A stretch of DNA of 63,507 nt, filler included, from Dehalococcoidia bacterium (GTDB lineage: Bacteria > Chloroflexota > Dehalococcoidia > DSTF01 > JACRBR01): assembly GCA_041494685.1 (NCBI GenBank). It is 4 parts of 4 records of this genome, joined end to end, with 100 filler letters (N's around TTAATTAATTAA, not from the genome) between each part and the next. Parts side by side here need not be neighbours in the genome. Positions count along the whole stretch, not along the records: positions 35,773 to 50,259 come from JBGQBE010000062.1; positions 50,360 to 63,507 come from JBGQBE010000063.1; 2 more parts are not named here. The stretch is one strand, 5' to 3'. Under the pieces are notes generated by a model. It searched no databases, was not told where the DNA came from, and was given only the letters and a program-made list of their open reading frames with translations. Both the position numbers and the translations under genes were made by a program. Positions 49,146 to 58,347 of the stretch are shown piece after piece; the stretch's first letter is position 1, and every line of letters starts with the position of its first letter.

Positions 49146-49865
49146 ATGACTGCTGAACCGCTCACCACGCAGAGCGATGCCAAGACCGTCCTCGTGGTCG
49201 AGGACGAGCCAACCCTGGCATCGACGCTCTCCTACAACCTGCGCAAGAACGGCTTTAACGTGCTCTCGGCCTCGGACGGCGTCGCCGGGCTGCAGGAGGC
49301 GCGGCGCGCCATGCCGGATGTCATCGTGCTGGACCTCATGCTGCCGAAGATGGACGGGCTGGAGGTCTGCCGCCGCCTGCGCGCGGATTCCGACGTGCCG
49401 ATCCTGATCCTTACCGCGAAGAGCGAGGAGTTCGACAAGGTCGTCGGCCTCGAGGTCGGCGCCGACGACTACCTCACGAAGCCATTCGGCATGCGCGAGC
49501 TGATGGCGCGCTTGCGGGCGTTGCTGCGCCGCTCGGCGGCCAGGCGCGGCGACTCCGACGACGGCACGCGCATCAGCACCGGCGATCTCGAACTCGACGC
49601 GCGCGGCCGCAGCGTGAAGCGCAAGGGGATCGAGATCCAGCTCAAGCCCAAGGAGTTCGACCTGCTGCACTTCCTGGCCAGGAACCCGGGCCAGGTGTTC
49701 ACGCGCGAGCAGCTGCTGGAGCGCGTCTGGGGGTACGAGTTCTTCGGCGGCAGCCGCACCGTCGACGTCCACATCCGCTGGCTGCGCGAGAAGCTGGAGG
49801 ACGAGCCGGCCCAGCCGCGGCACATCCTCACCGTCCGGGGCGTTGGGTACAAGTTTGTCCGATAA
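49146..49865 (+). CDS. OmpR-family response regulator (PhoP/PhoB)
   Basis: Receiver domain plus winged helix (RTVDVHIRWLR); pst context. Confidence 0.92.
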   Translation: MTAEPLTTQSDAKTVLVVEDEPTLASTLSYNLRKNGFNVLSASDGVAGLQEARRAMPDVIVLDLMLPKMDGLEVCRRLRADSDVPILILTAKSEEFDKVVGLEVGADDYLTKPFGMRELMARLRALLRRSAARRGDSDDGTRISTGDLELDARGRSVKRKGIEIQLKPKEFDLLHFLARNPGQVFTREQLLERVWGYEFFGGSRTVDVHIRWLREKLEDEPAQPRHILTVRGVGYKFVR

Positions 49866-50259
49866 CCGCCCGGCGCCGTGGCGGATCGTCCTGCAGGCGA
49901 TCGCGCTGTATGTGCCCGTCGTCGGCGCGGCGCTCCTCGTCGCACGGCTGACGAACGGGAACGCCTGGACGGTGTGGCTGATGTTCGCCGCCGCCACCGC
50001 GGCGATCGCCCTCATCACGGCGCGGGTGTTCGCGCCGCGCCTGCGGCATCTGCGCGCCGCGACGGAGGTCGCGCAGGCCCTGGCGACCGGCCGCTTCGAT
50101 GCGCGCGCCGCCGTGCGAAACGACGAGTTCAGCTCGCTCATCGCCGCGCTCAACGACGCCGGCACCAACACCGAACGCCTGGTCGCGCGGCTGCGGCAGG
50201 AGCGGGCGCAGCTCGAGGCCCTGCTCAACGCCAGCAGCGACGCCACGGTGGCTATCGAT
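49855..50259 (+). CDS. Sensor histidine kinase (PhoR-like), N-terminal part
   Basis: Two TM helices, HAMP domain and start of a PAS domain; truncated by contig end. Confidence 0.8.
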
Positions 50260-50359
50260 NNNNNNNNNNNNNNNNNNNNNNNNNNNNNNNNNNNNNNNNN
50301 NNNTTAATTAATTAANNNNNNNNNNNNNNNNNNNNNNNNNNNNNNNNNNNNNNNNNNNN
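50260..50359. other. Artificial contig linker
   Basis: N-run, TTAATTAATTAA, N-run. Confidence 0.98.
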
Positions 50360-50893
50360 CGGCGGCGCGGCGCGGTGCTGCCGTTTGCGCATCTTACGCG
50401 GTGTTGGGTCGAAGTCGAGCAGCGCGGCGAGCAAGCTGACGCCGCTGACGCCGTCGATCATGCAGTGGTGGACCTTGGCGAGATGCGCCGTGCGCGCACC
50501 GCTCAGGCCCTCGACCAGGCAGATCTCCCACAGGGCCTTGTCGCGGGCGAGCGGCGTCGCGAAGAACTCACCGGCGATCGCCGTAAGTTGCTCGTCGCTC
50601 GCCGGTGGGTCCAGGTGGATGCTCCGCGTGTGGTGCGCGACGTCGAATTTTGGATCGTCGAGCCACGCCGCCTGGGCGATGTTGAAGGGCGCCTGCACGA
50701 GGCGCTGGCGATAGCGCGGCACGAGGTCGATCCGGCGCTCGAGGTGGTCGACGAAGTGATGGAATTCGACGCGGCCGTCGTAGATACCCACCGAGCCGAC
50801 GTTCATCGGCATGGTCGGGCGCTCGAAGTTGACGAACGCGGCGTCCTCGTAGCTCAGCCGTTCGACGTGGTGCGTCGGGCGTGACCTTGCCAT
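50360..50893 (-). CDS. Wax ester/triacylglycerol synthase family O-acyltransferase (N-terminal part)
   Basis: LS.EDAAF...PMNVG and HHCMIDG motifs. Confidence 0.92.
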
Positions 50894-50996
50894 CGCCGTG
50901 ACTCCCTGCCACGGGCGCGGCGAAGCGCCCGCTGCAAGCCGATCGTGCGCGTATCGCGCGGCGCGGTCACGTGCCATACGTCACATCATGGAGCGA

Positions 50997-52310
50997 CTAG
51001 ACGTGGTGAAGAAGCGCGGCCTGTCTCCGCAGGTCGGCGCGGAAGTCGGGATGGGCGACGGCGACCAGCTCTTCGGCGCGCCGCCGCAGCGTCTTTCCCC
51101 GGAGGGTAGCGATACCGTACTCGGTCACGACGTAGTCGACGAAGGTGCGCGGTGTCGTGATGACCGTTCCGGGCGGCAGGACCGGCACGATGCGGGAACG
51201 GCGCTCGCGGGCGACGAGCGAACTCGACGGCACGGCTATGACGGAGCGGCCGCCCTGGCAGATCGACGCGGCGACGGCGAACGTCGTCTGGCCGCCGGGC
51301 CCGCTGAAGATCTCGCCGTTGAGCGTCTCGGACGTCACCTGTCCCGTCAGGTCGACCTGGAGCGCGTTGTTAATGGCGATGAAGTTCGACTGGCGCACGA
51401 GCGTTGCCAGGTCGTCTGTGCGGCAGAAGTCCCAGAGTTCGAATCGCGGATTCATGTTCGCGCGCGCGAGCTCCTCCGCCGGGAGCTGCGCGAATGCGGA
51501 ACCGACGACCGAGCCCGGAGCGATCTCCTTGTATCGGCCGGTCACCACCCCCTGCTCGACGAGATCGATCACGCCGCCGGGGATCAGCTCCGTCTGGATG
51601 CCCAGGTCGTGCTTCTCGCCGAGGTAGAGTGCCATCGCGGTGGTGACGTCGCCGAGCCCGATCTGGACCGTGTCGCGGTCGCGCACGAGCTCGCTCGCGA
51701 TGAGCGTGCAGATGACCTCGGCCTGCTCGACGACCTCCGGGCTCCGCGGCGGCAGGGGCGCGACTACCGCGGAGGTCGCGCGGTGCTCGCACAGCTGGTG
51801 GACCTGGGAGACGTGCAGGTAGTTCTCGCCGTAGGTACGGATCGCCGTCTCGTCGACTTCACAGATGATCCGGTGCGCAATGCCTGCGAAAGTGCGGCTG
51901 AGCCAGACGGCGCTTCCGAAGCTCATGAAGCCGTTGGCGTCCGGCGGCGACGTACGGGCCAGCATGACGTCGATCTGCCCCAACGTTTCCTTCAGCCGCG
52001 ACACCTGGAAGTTGCCGACTGGCAGGTAGTCGCCGTGCCCCTGGCGGAGCTGGCGCCTGTCGGCCGCGCTGGCGAAGAGGGTGACGGGCCGGAAGGAGTC
52101 TGGCGACTCCGGCGTGACCCAGGTCAGCGGCGCGATGTAGTTGTGGACCGTCACGTCGCGCAGCTCGTCTTTGCGGAGCATCAGCGCGTCGCAGAGCGTC
52201 GGCGGTGTGCTCTGGAACATCCCCGCGTACACCACGTCGCCCGGGTTGACCGACCGGACAGCCTCCTCGGGTGCGACGAGCTTGTCTGCGTACTGCGTTC
52301 GCCAGTCCAT
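50997..52310 (-). CDS. Acetyl-CoA hydrolase / 4-hydroxybutyrate CoA-transferase family
   Basis: QIGLG, DLGIQTE, INNALQVDLTGQ, SGPGGQ and VVTEYG motifs. Confidence 0.9.
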   Translation of the reverse strand: MDWRTQYADKLVAPEEAVRSVNPGDVVYAGMFQSTPPTLCDALMLRKDELRDVTVHNYIAPLTWVTPESPDSFRPVTLFASAADRRQLRQGHGDYLPVGNFQVSRLKETLGQIDVMLARTSPPDANGFMSFGSAVWLSRTFAGIAHRIICEVDETAIRTYGENYLHVSQVHQLCEHRATSAVVAPLPPRSPEVVEQAEVICTLIASELVRDRDTVQIGLGDVTTAMALYLGEKHDLGIQTELIPGGVIDLVEQGVVTGRYKEIAPGSVVGSAFAQLPAEELARANMNPRFELWDFCRTDDLATLVRQSNFIAINNALQVDLTGQVTSETLNGEIFSGPGGQTTFAVAASICQGGRSVIAVPSSSLVARERRSRIVPVLPPGTVITTPRTFVDYVVTEYGIATLRGKTLRRRAEELVAVAHPDFRADLRRQAALLHHV

Positions 52311-52357
52311 TCCGCCTCCAAGTCGCTTCGTGGCACGCCGGCCGGGACCTCCGGCCT

Positions 52358-53155
52358 TCACCAGTCGACCGACCTGGCGAAGCGCCGTACGGCCCGATTG
52401 TACGCATCCGGCTCCTCGAGGTTCGCGACGTGGCCCGCGCCGCGCACTAGTTGCAGCCGCGCGTCCTGCGCGGACACCAGGAAGTTGAGCTCCTGGAGCC
52501 GGTACAGCACGTCGCGCTCGCCGTTCAGGATAAGGGCAGGGCCGGGGTAGCTCGCGAGCTTCCGGCGAAAGTCCTTCCCGCGCAGCTGCCAGAGGGCGTC
52601 CTGGGTGGCCTTGAAGAAGAAGCCTGCCTCGATCTGCCGCTCCGCGAGCTCGTCGCCGTAGCGGGCGCGGAAGTTCACCTGGTTGACGAAGGTGAGCCAG
52701 CGCCGCCCCACCGCCCGCGTGAACAGCGCGAGCGTCGGCGGGATGACAGCGAGGACGCCGCGCGGGTTGGCGCTGCAGCCCGTCAGGACCAGGCCCGCGA
52801 CGTGTTCGGGGTGCGTCGCGGCGAACTCCATCGCCACGAAGCCCCCCAGCGAGACCCCGACGACCAGCGCCCGCCCGCCGCCGGCTTCGTCGATAACTGT
52901 GCCTAGCTGCTCCGTGGCTGACGCGAGCGAGAACTTCGTGGATGCCAGCGAGCCGTGCCCCGGCAGATCCATGGCGATCACCCGGTAGGTGTCCGCGAGG
53001 TCGCGCATCTGAGGGAGCCACTGCGTGCGCGTCATGCCAATGCCGTGCACGAACACGATGCGCATCGCACCTTGCGGTCCCTCCGCTTCGTACGGCTTCG
53101 TCCTCGTGGCACGGGGTTTCGTGGTGGCCAATCTGCTCCTCCGCAGCCCTGCCAT
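52358..53155 (-). CDS. Alpha/beta hydrolase
   Basis: HGIG, DLPGHG, GVSLGG and GH motifs. Confidence 0.9.
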   Translation of the reverse strand: MAGLRRSRLATTKPRATRTKPYEAEGPQGAMRIVFVHGIGMTRTQWLPQMRDLADTYRVIAMDLPGHGSLASTKFSLASATEQLGTVIDEAGGGRALVVGVSLGGFVAMEFAATHPEHVAGLVLTGCSANPRGVLAVIPPTLALFTRAVGRRWLTFVNQVNFRARYGDELAERQIEAGFFFKATQDALWQLRGKDFRRKLASYPGPALILNGERDVLYRLQELNFLVSAQDARLQLVRGAGHVANLEEPDAYNRAVRRFARSVDW

Positions 53156-53317
53156 CAGTACACCTCGCGGGAGCCGGCGACATCAGAGCCACGTGGCGGA
53201 CGGACATGTGCGACGAACGGCCCTGCGTGACGCCGAACGGCCCTTGTCCAGCCCTCACGGCCAGCACACAATGGCATTCTCAGAAGCGTCTTCGGGTGGC
53301 GTGCTGGAGGAGGAGTG

Positions 53318-53560
53318 ATGGACGCGCACCTCTCGGGAGCCGGCGCGGACGGTTCTACGCTCCCGCCGATCATCATCGTCGAACCGTTCGAAGAGACCCA
53401 CGGTTGGCCGGTGCCCGGCACAGGCGTGGATCTGCCGGGCGAACGTCTGCCGGTGCTGCGTGTCGTGAGGATGTTCTTCATGCCGTGGATGGCGCTCTGC
53501 GAGTGGCCGCGGCTGCTGCTGCGCTCCATCGCTCCGCGCGACGGCGGCGCGCAGCGCTGA
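53318..53560 (+). CDS. Small hypothetical protein
   Basis: GGAGGAGGAG RBS directly upstream; fills an intergenic gap. Confidence 0.5.
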   Translation: MDAHLSGAGADGSTLPPIIIVEPFEETHGWPVPGTGVDLPGERLPVLRVVRMFFMPWMALCEWPRLLLRSIAPRDGGAQR

Positions 53561-53616
53561 TATGCCGAAGCCCCCGGGGCTGGCCTGAGCGGCCGCGGCG
53601 TGCGAACCTCAGGGCG

Positions 53617-54294
53617 ATGGCTGACCTCTTCGTGCCCGGAGCGTATTGGACTCGCGATTTGGCGGACGCGTCCGCGCGGCACATGGCTGCGGCCGTCGCA
53701 TCGCCGGAGATGCGGGCGCTGATGAGCGGGATCGCCGCCGCGGCAGCGGAAAGCGGGGATCCCGCCGCCGCCGCGGCCGGGATGGCCCCGGCCGTGGCGG
53801 CCGCCGGCGCGACTCACGGAGGCGCCATCGATCGCGACGCCTGCATCGTACGCCGCGGCCGGTTGGACGACGTGCCCGCGCTGGCACGGCTGATCATCCA
53901 CGGCGAATTGCCGCCGATGTTCCTCGAAGAGTTCGTCGAAGGCTTCTGCGTCGTCGAGCATCGCGGCGAGATCGTCGGTTGCGGCGGGCTGGAGTTGTAC
54001 GGCCCGGAGTGCGCCGTCATCCGCAGCGTTGTGACGCATGAGCGCGCGCGCGGACTCGGGCTCGGCGGCCGCATCGGGCGCCTGCTGGTCGATGACGCGC
54101 GGGCGTACGGCGCGAACGACATCTACCTGTTCACGCTGCACGCCGTCGCCTTTTGGGAGCACCTCGGCTTCCGACACCTGGAGCTCGATGACTGGCGCCC
54201 CGAGGCGCGCGCGAACTGGCAGTACATCTTCTGCTCAAGCTTCCCCGAAGCCGTCGCGGGCGTTCGGTCGATGTGGATGGCCGCGAGGCGCTGA
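53617..54294 (+). CDS. GNAT acetyltransferase (ArgA/ArsN-like)
   Basis: VGCGGLE, IRSVVT..RARGLGLG and YLFT...FWEHLGF motifs. Confidence 0.85.
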   Translation: MADLFVPGAYWTRDLADASARHMAAAVASPEMRALMSGIAAAAAESGDPAAAAAGMAPAVAAAGATHGGAIDRDACIVRRGRLDDVPALARLIIHGELPPMFLEEFVEGFCVVEHRGEIVGCGGLELYGPECAVIRSVVTHERARGLGLGGRIGRLLVDDARAYGANDIYLFTLHAVAFWEHLGFRHLELDDWRPEARANWQYIFCSSFPEAVAGVRSMWMAARR

Positions 54295-54332
54295 GCCTCA
54301 GCGTATTTGCGTAGCCGGCGATCGCCGGCCGT

Positions 54333-55349
54333 TCAGGTTCGTTCAACCTGCCTGTCGGCGGGATTGCCGCCGAGCCGGAAGACCTCGCCGGGGCGGATGC
54401 CCATCGTCCACATGGCGCAGACGCCAAGAGCGACGTTGAAGATGGTGCTGACGACGTGCGTGCCGGCGGCGAAGGCGAGCGCGTCATGCGAGGGTACGCC
54501 GTAGAGCGAGAGGATGCTCAGCACCGCGACCTCGTACGTGCCGACGTTGCCGAAGGTGATCGGGAACGTGGTGAGGATCGCCACGATTACCGTCACCGAG
54601 AGATACGCCGCCAGCGGCAACTGCAGGTGGAACGCGCGGCCGTACGCCCAGAAGATCGCCAGGTCGACGCCCCAGCCGAACAGGTTGAGCAGCACGTTCG
54701 CGAACAGCAGGCGCGGCCGGCGGATCACCTCGAAGCCTTCGTGCACGCGCGGCCAGTGGTGCTCCGCCTGCTTCCGCGCCCAGCGCGGGAGGCGCGACAG
54801 CACGCGCCACGGCGGCAACTGCTCGGGGAGCAGGCGGCTGGCGAGGACAGCGGCGACGAAGACGGCTGCGGCGGCCGTGGCTGCGAGCCATGCCAGGTTC
54901 GCCGACGCAAAGCCCACGCCCGGCAGCGCCAGGCTGACGGCGATGAAGATCACCATGATCAGCGCGTTGACGATCGCCTCCGCACCGCGCCCCGCGACGA
55001 GTCCGGCGCGCGGCAGACCGTAACGGTTCGCGACGACCTGGATCTTGACGACGTCGCCCGCGCTGGCGGGCACGACGGCGTTCACGAGCGTGCCGATGAG
55101 CAGCGCCCCCAACAGCCCGAGCAACGGCGCTTCGCCCACCTTGCTCAGCGTCATCTGCCACTCCACGGCGTGTACCGCCCGCGACAGGAGGTAGATGGCC
55201 AGCGCCAGCGCCAGCCATCCGTAGTTCGCGCGGGCGAACGCTCGCCCGAAGCTGCCGAGATCGATCTGCCACGCCGCGAGGGCCACCAGCACCACGACGA
55301 TGATTGCCTGGAACAGCAAGCCTCGCTGCAGGAGGCGGCTACTCGTCAC
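54333..55349 (-). CDS. Lysylphosphatidylglycerol synthase TM / flippase-like protein (UPF0104)
   Basis: NAVVPASAGD and PITFGNVGTYE motifs; multi-TM. Confidence 0.85.
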   Translation of the reverse strand: MTSSRLLQRGLLFQAIIVVVLVALAAWQIDLGSFGRAFARANYGWLALALAIYLLSRAVHAVEWQMTLSKVGEAPLLGLLGALLIGTLVNAVVPASAGDVVKIQVVANRYGLPRAGLVAGRGAEAIVNALIMVIFIAVSLALPGVGFASANLAWLAATAAAAVFVAAVLASRLLPEQLPPWRVLSRLPRWARKQAEHHWPRVHEGFEVIRRPRLLFANVLLNLFGWGVDLAIFWAYGRAFHLQLPLAAYLSVTVIVAILTTFPITFGNVGTYEVAVLSILSLYGVPSHDALAFAAGTHVVSTIFNVALGVCAMWTMGIRPGEVFRLGGNPADRQVERT

Positions 55350-56827
55350 GGCTCGCCCCGCCGCGCGCCCTGCCAGAACGTGGAGAGCACGTCGAGCCGT
55401 CCGGACGGAGCGCGTCCGCCGAATCGTTCGCTGAGTCGCAGGAGTCCGAACGCCAGCGCCACCAGCAGGAAGGGCGTCGCCATCAGCACGGCGTTGACGC
55501 CGACGAGTTCCGCCGTCGCGCCCATCAACAGCAGCGGCGCGATCGCGGCGCCATTCTTGAGCGTGCTCTGCAGCGCGAACGTGCGGCCCTGGCGTGCGAG
55601 GGGAACGCGGCGGTTCACGAAGGTCTGGACCGACATCGTGGACAGCGCCATACCGAACCCCAGCGGTACCGCGAGTGCGGCTGCCGTCCGCAGTTCGGGA
55701 CCGGGGTGCAGGCCCACGATGCTCACGACGCGTATCGCGTTGATCGGATCGACGACGTTCGCCAGGCCGTAGCGTACGAGCCCCAGCAGGCCAAGCGAAA
55801 GCGCCGTCAGCGTGAAGCCGGCGAGGGCGGCGATGCGCTCGCCGCGCAAGCGGATCAGCAGGGGCGCTGCGGCCAGCGCGAGGGCGAGACCGAGCGACGA
55901 CGGCCCGAAGACGTACACGGCATCGGCCGGATCGACGCCGATGACGGACTGCACGTAGCGCGGCGCCAGCGTCTGAAGCGCGACGTTCGCGACGCCGGCG
56001 AGCACGCCCACGATGACCATCGTGCCGACGGCGGGTTCGTCGGCCAGCCAGCGGATCATCGAGAAGACGTTGATGTCCGGGCGTTGCCAGCGCGGGCGAT
56101 CGTGCCCCTCTTCCGGCTGCAGGTGCAGCACGCGGCCCGACGCCAGGAGCAGCATGACGCCGGCCACGGCGAAGACCGCGTGCACGCCCAGCAGGCGGAG
56201 CAACACCGGCGCCATGAGTGCCGTGCCGAACACCGTGCCGACATTCGACGAGAGGCTGAGCAGCGAGTTGGCGCTGGCGAGCTGGGCGTCCGACGCGATC
56301 AGCGGCGCGATCGACTGCTCGTCCGGGCCGGACACCTGCCCCAGCACGTTGACAGTGAAGACAAGGAAGAGCACCGCTCGCAGGTCGGTGCCGTACACGA
56401 CGGGCACAACCAGGCAGAGCGCCGCCTGCAACCCGTACACGCCGGCGAGCGCCAGGCGCTTGGGCAGCGCGTCGGCGACGGCGCCGCCGTAGAGGCCAAG
56501 GAACGTCGGCGGGAGCAGTGCCGCGACGCCGACGAGCGCGGCGTCGACCGTCGAGCCACCGGCGCGGACCACGGCGATCAGTGCGCCGTATCGGAGTGCG
56601 TCGCGGGCGCCGTCCGCGAGGAAGGTGGACGCCATGATGTACTGGAAGCGCAGGTTGCGGGCGATCGACGTCTCGGGGAGAAAGAACCAGAGCACGCGGA
56701 ACACGCGCTGCTCGCCGCGGTCGATCATGCCATCGGCGCGGACGTACGCGTCGGTCACCATCCTGCGGCTCTCGACCAGCGGATCGCGTCGCACGCGTAT
56801 ACGCCGCCGCCGAGGCTTCTTCTCCAT
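55346..56827 (-). CDS. MFS transporter
   Basis: About 12 TM helices, GGAVADALPKR motif A. Confidence 0.87.
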   Translation of the reverse strand: MEKKPRRRRIRVRRDPLVESRRMVTDAYVRADGMIDRGEQRVFRVLWFFLPETSIARNLRFQYIMASTFLADGARDALRYGALIAVVRAGGSTVDAALVGVAALLPPTFLGLYGGAVADALPKRLALAGVYGLQAALCLVVPVVYGTDLRAVLFLVFTVNVLGQVSGPDEQSIAPLIASDAQLASANSLLSLSSNVGTVFGTALMAPVLLRLLGVHAVFAVAGVMLLLASGRVLHLQPEEGHDRPRWQRPDINVFSMIRWLADEPAVGTMVIVGVLAGVANVALQTLAPRYVQSVIGVDPADAVYVFGPSSLGLALALAAAPLLIRLRGERIAALAGFTLTALSLGLLGLVRYGLANVVDPINAIRVVSIVGLHPGPELRTAAALAVPLGFGMALSTMSVQTFVNRRVPLARQGRTFALQSTLKNGAAIAPLLLMGATAELVGVNAVLMATPFLLVALAFGLLRLSERFGGRAPSGRLDVLSTFWQGARRGEP

Positions 56828-56944
56828 GCTGCGAGTGTACTCCGCGCCGGCTGCGGAATCTGCAATCTCGGCCGGATGGCGCCAGCGCCGGCGGCGCGCG
56901 ATGATCTCTCTGTCCGGCGTGGGGCGCGCCGTGAGGAGGCTGCG

Positions 56945-58183
56945 ATGACTTCGATGCCCGATCCGCCAGGGGCACTGCTCTTCAACCCGTTTGACCCGGC
57001 GTTCCGCGCCGACCCGTATTCGGCCTGCCGGCGGTTGCGCGAGCAGGATCCGGTGCATCAACACTCGCTCGGTTTCACGGTGCTGACGCGCTATGCCGAC
57101 TGCTCGACGGTCCTCCGTCATCCGAACGCGAGCAGCGACAGCAGGAAGTCGCCGGGCTTCCGCGAGCAGGTGCTGCAGATGGGGCTGGACCCGGACGAAG
57201 AGATGCAACGCGGGCGGCCGTTCCTCTTCCGCGACCCGCCAGACCACACGCGGCTGCGCGGCCTCGTCAGCAAGGCCTTCACGCCGCGCGTGATCGAGGG
57301 GCTGCGGCCGCGCATCGAGGCGATCGTCGCCGACCTCATCGAGGCGGCGGGCAGGCGTGGGTCGCTGGAGGTGATCGAGGAGCTCGCCTACCCTCTGCCG
57401 GTGATCGTCATCAGCGAGATGCTGGGTGTGCCGGCGGAAGACCACGGGACGTTCAGCGCGTGGTCGCGCGAGCTGGCGCGCGCGCTCGATCCGGACTTCG
57501 CGCTGCCGCCCGAGGTGCAGGAGCGCCGGAAGCGCGCGTCGGACGAGTTCAGGGAGTACTTCGAGCGCCTGATAGCGAAGCGCCGCCAGGAGCCGCGCGA
57601 CGACCTCGTGAGCGCGCTCATCGCGGCGGAGGACGAAGGGCAGAAGCTGAGCGAAGAGGAGTTGCTGGAGACCTGCATCCTGCTGCTCATCGCGGGGCAC
57701 GAGACGACGGTGAACCTCATCGGCAACGGCGCGCTGGCGTTGCTGCGCAACCCGGACCAACTGCAGTTACTGCGCGACGACCCCTCGTTGATCAAGACGG
57801 CGGTCGAAGAGGTGCTGCGCTACGATCCGCCGGTGCAGCTGACTAGCCGCCTCGCGCTCGGCGAGATCGACCTGGGCGATGCGGTGGTACCGGCCGGGCG
57901 GCAGACGGTGCTGCTGATGGGCGGCGCGAACCGGGATCCCGCCCAATTCCCCGATCCTGACCGGCTCGACATCCGCCGCGAGGACAACCGCCACCTGGCG
58001 TTCGGCATGGGCGTCCACTTCTGCCTCGGTGCGCCGCTGGCGCGTGTCGAGGGCCAGATCGCACTGCTCGCCTTCGCGCAGCGGCTGGAAGCGCCGGAGA
58101 TGGCGGGGGAGCCGGTGTACAAGGAGAACATCACGCTGCGTGGCTTGCAGTCGCTGCCGGTGAAGTTCCGCGCCGCGCTCTGA
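56945..58183 (+). CDS. Cytochrome P450
   Basis: AGHETT, EVLR and FGMGVHFCLG heme motif. Confidence 0.96.
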   Translation: MTSMPDPPGALLFNPFDPAFRADPYSACRRLREQDPVHQHSLGFTVLTRYADCSTVLRHPNASSDSRKSPGFREQVLQMGLDPDEEMQRGRPFLFRDPPDHTRLRGLVSKAFTPRVIEGLRPRIEAIVADLIEAAGRRGSLEVIEELAYPLPVIVISEMLGVPAEDHGTFSAWSRELARALDPDFALPPEVQERRKRASDEFREYFERLIAKRRQEPRDDLVSALIAAEDEGQKLSEEELLETCILLLIAGHETTVNLIGNGALALLRNPDQLQLLRDDPSLIKTAVEEVLRYDPPVQLTSRLALGEIDLGDAVVPAGRQTVLLMGGANRDPAQFPDPDRLDIRREDNRHLAFGMGVHFCLGAPLARVEGQIALLAFAQRLEAPEMAGEPVYKENITLRGLQSLPVKFRAAL

Positions 58184-58229
58184 TCGACCGTGTGACCGAC
58201 AACCGATCCGCACATGTGCACTCTCCAAC

Positions 58230-58267
58230 GAAATGTAGCCGTAATGTGACGGAAACGGGCCAGTAAC
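58230..58267 (+). promoter_or_regulatory. GlnR-box-like pentamer array upstream of amt
   Basis: GAAAT 58230, GTAAT 58241, GAAAC 58252, GTAAC 58263: exact 11-bp period. Confidence 0.6.
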
Positions 58268-58347
58268 AAGACGCCCGCATCCTGTCCCTCAAACCACCAG
58301 GGGATGGCCGTTACCCGACGGCTGGCGGTGGCCGAGGGAGATGGCAC

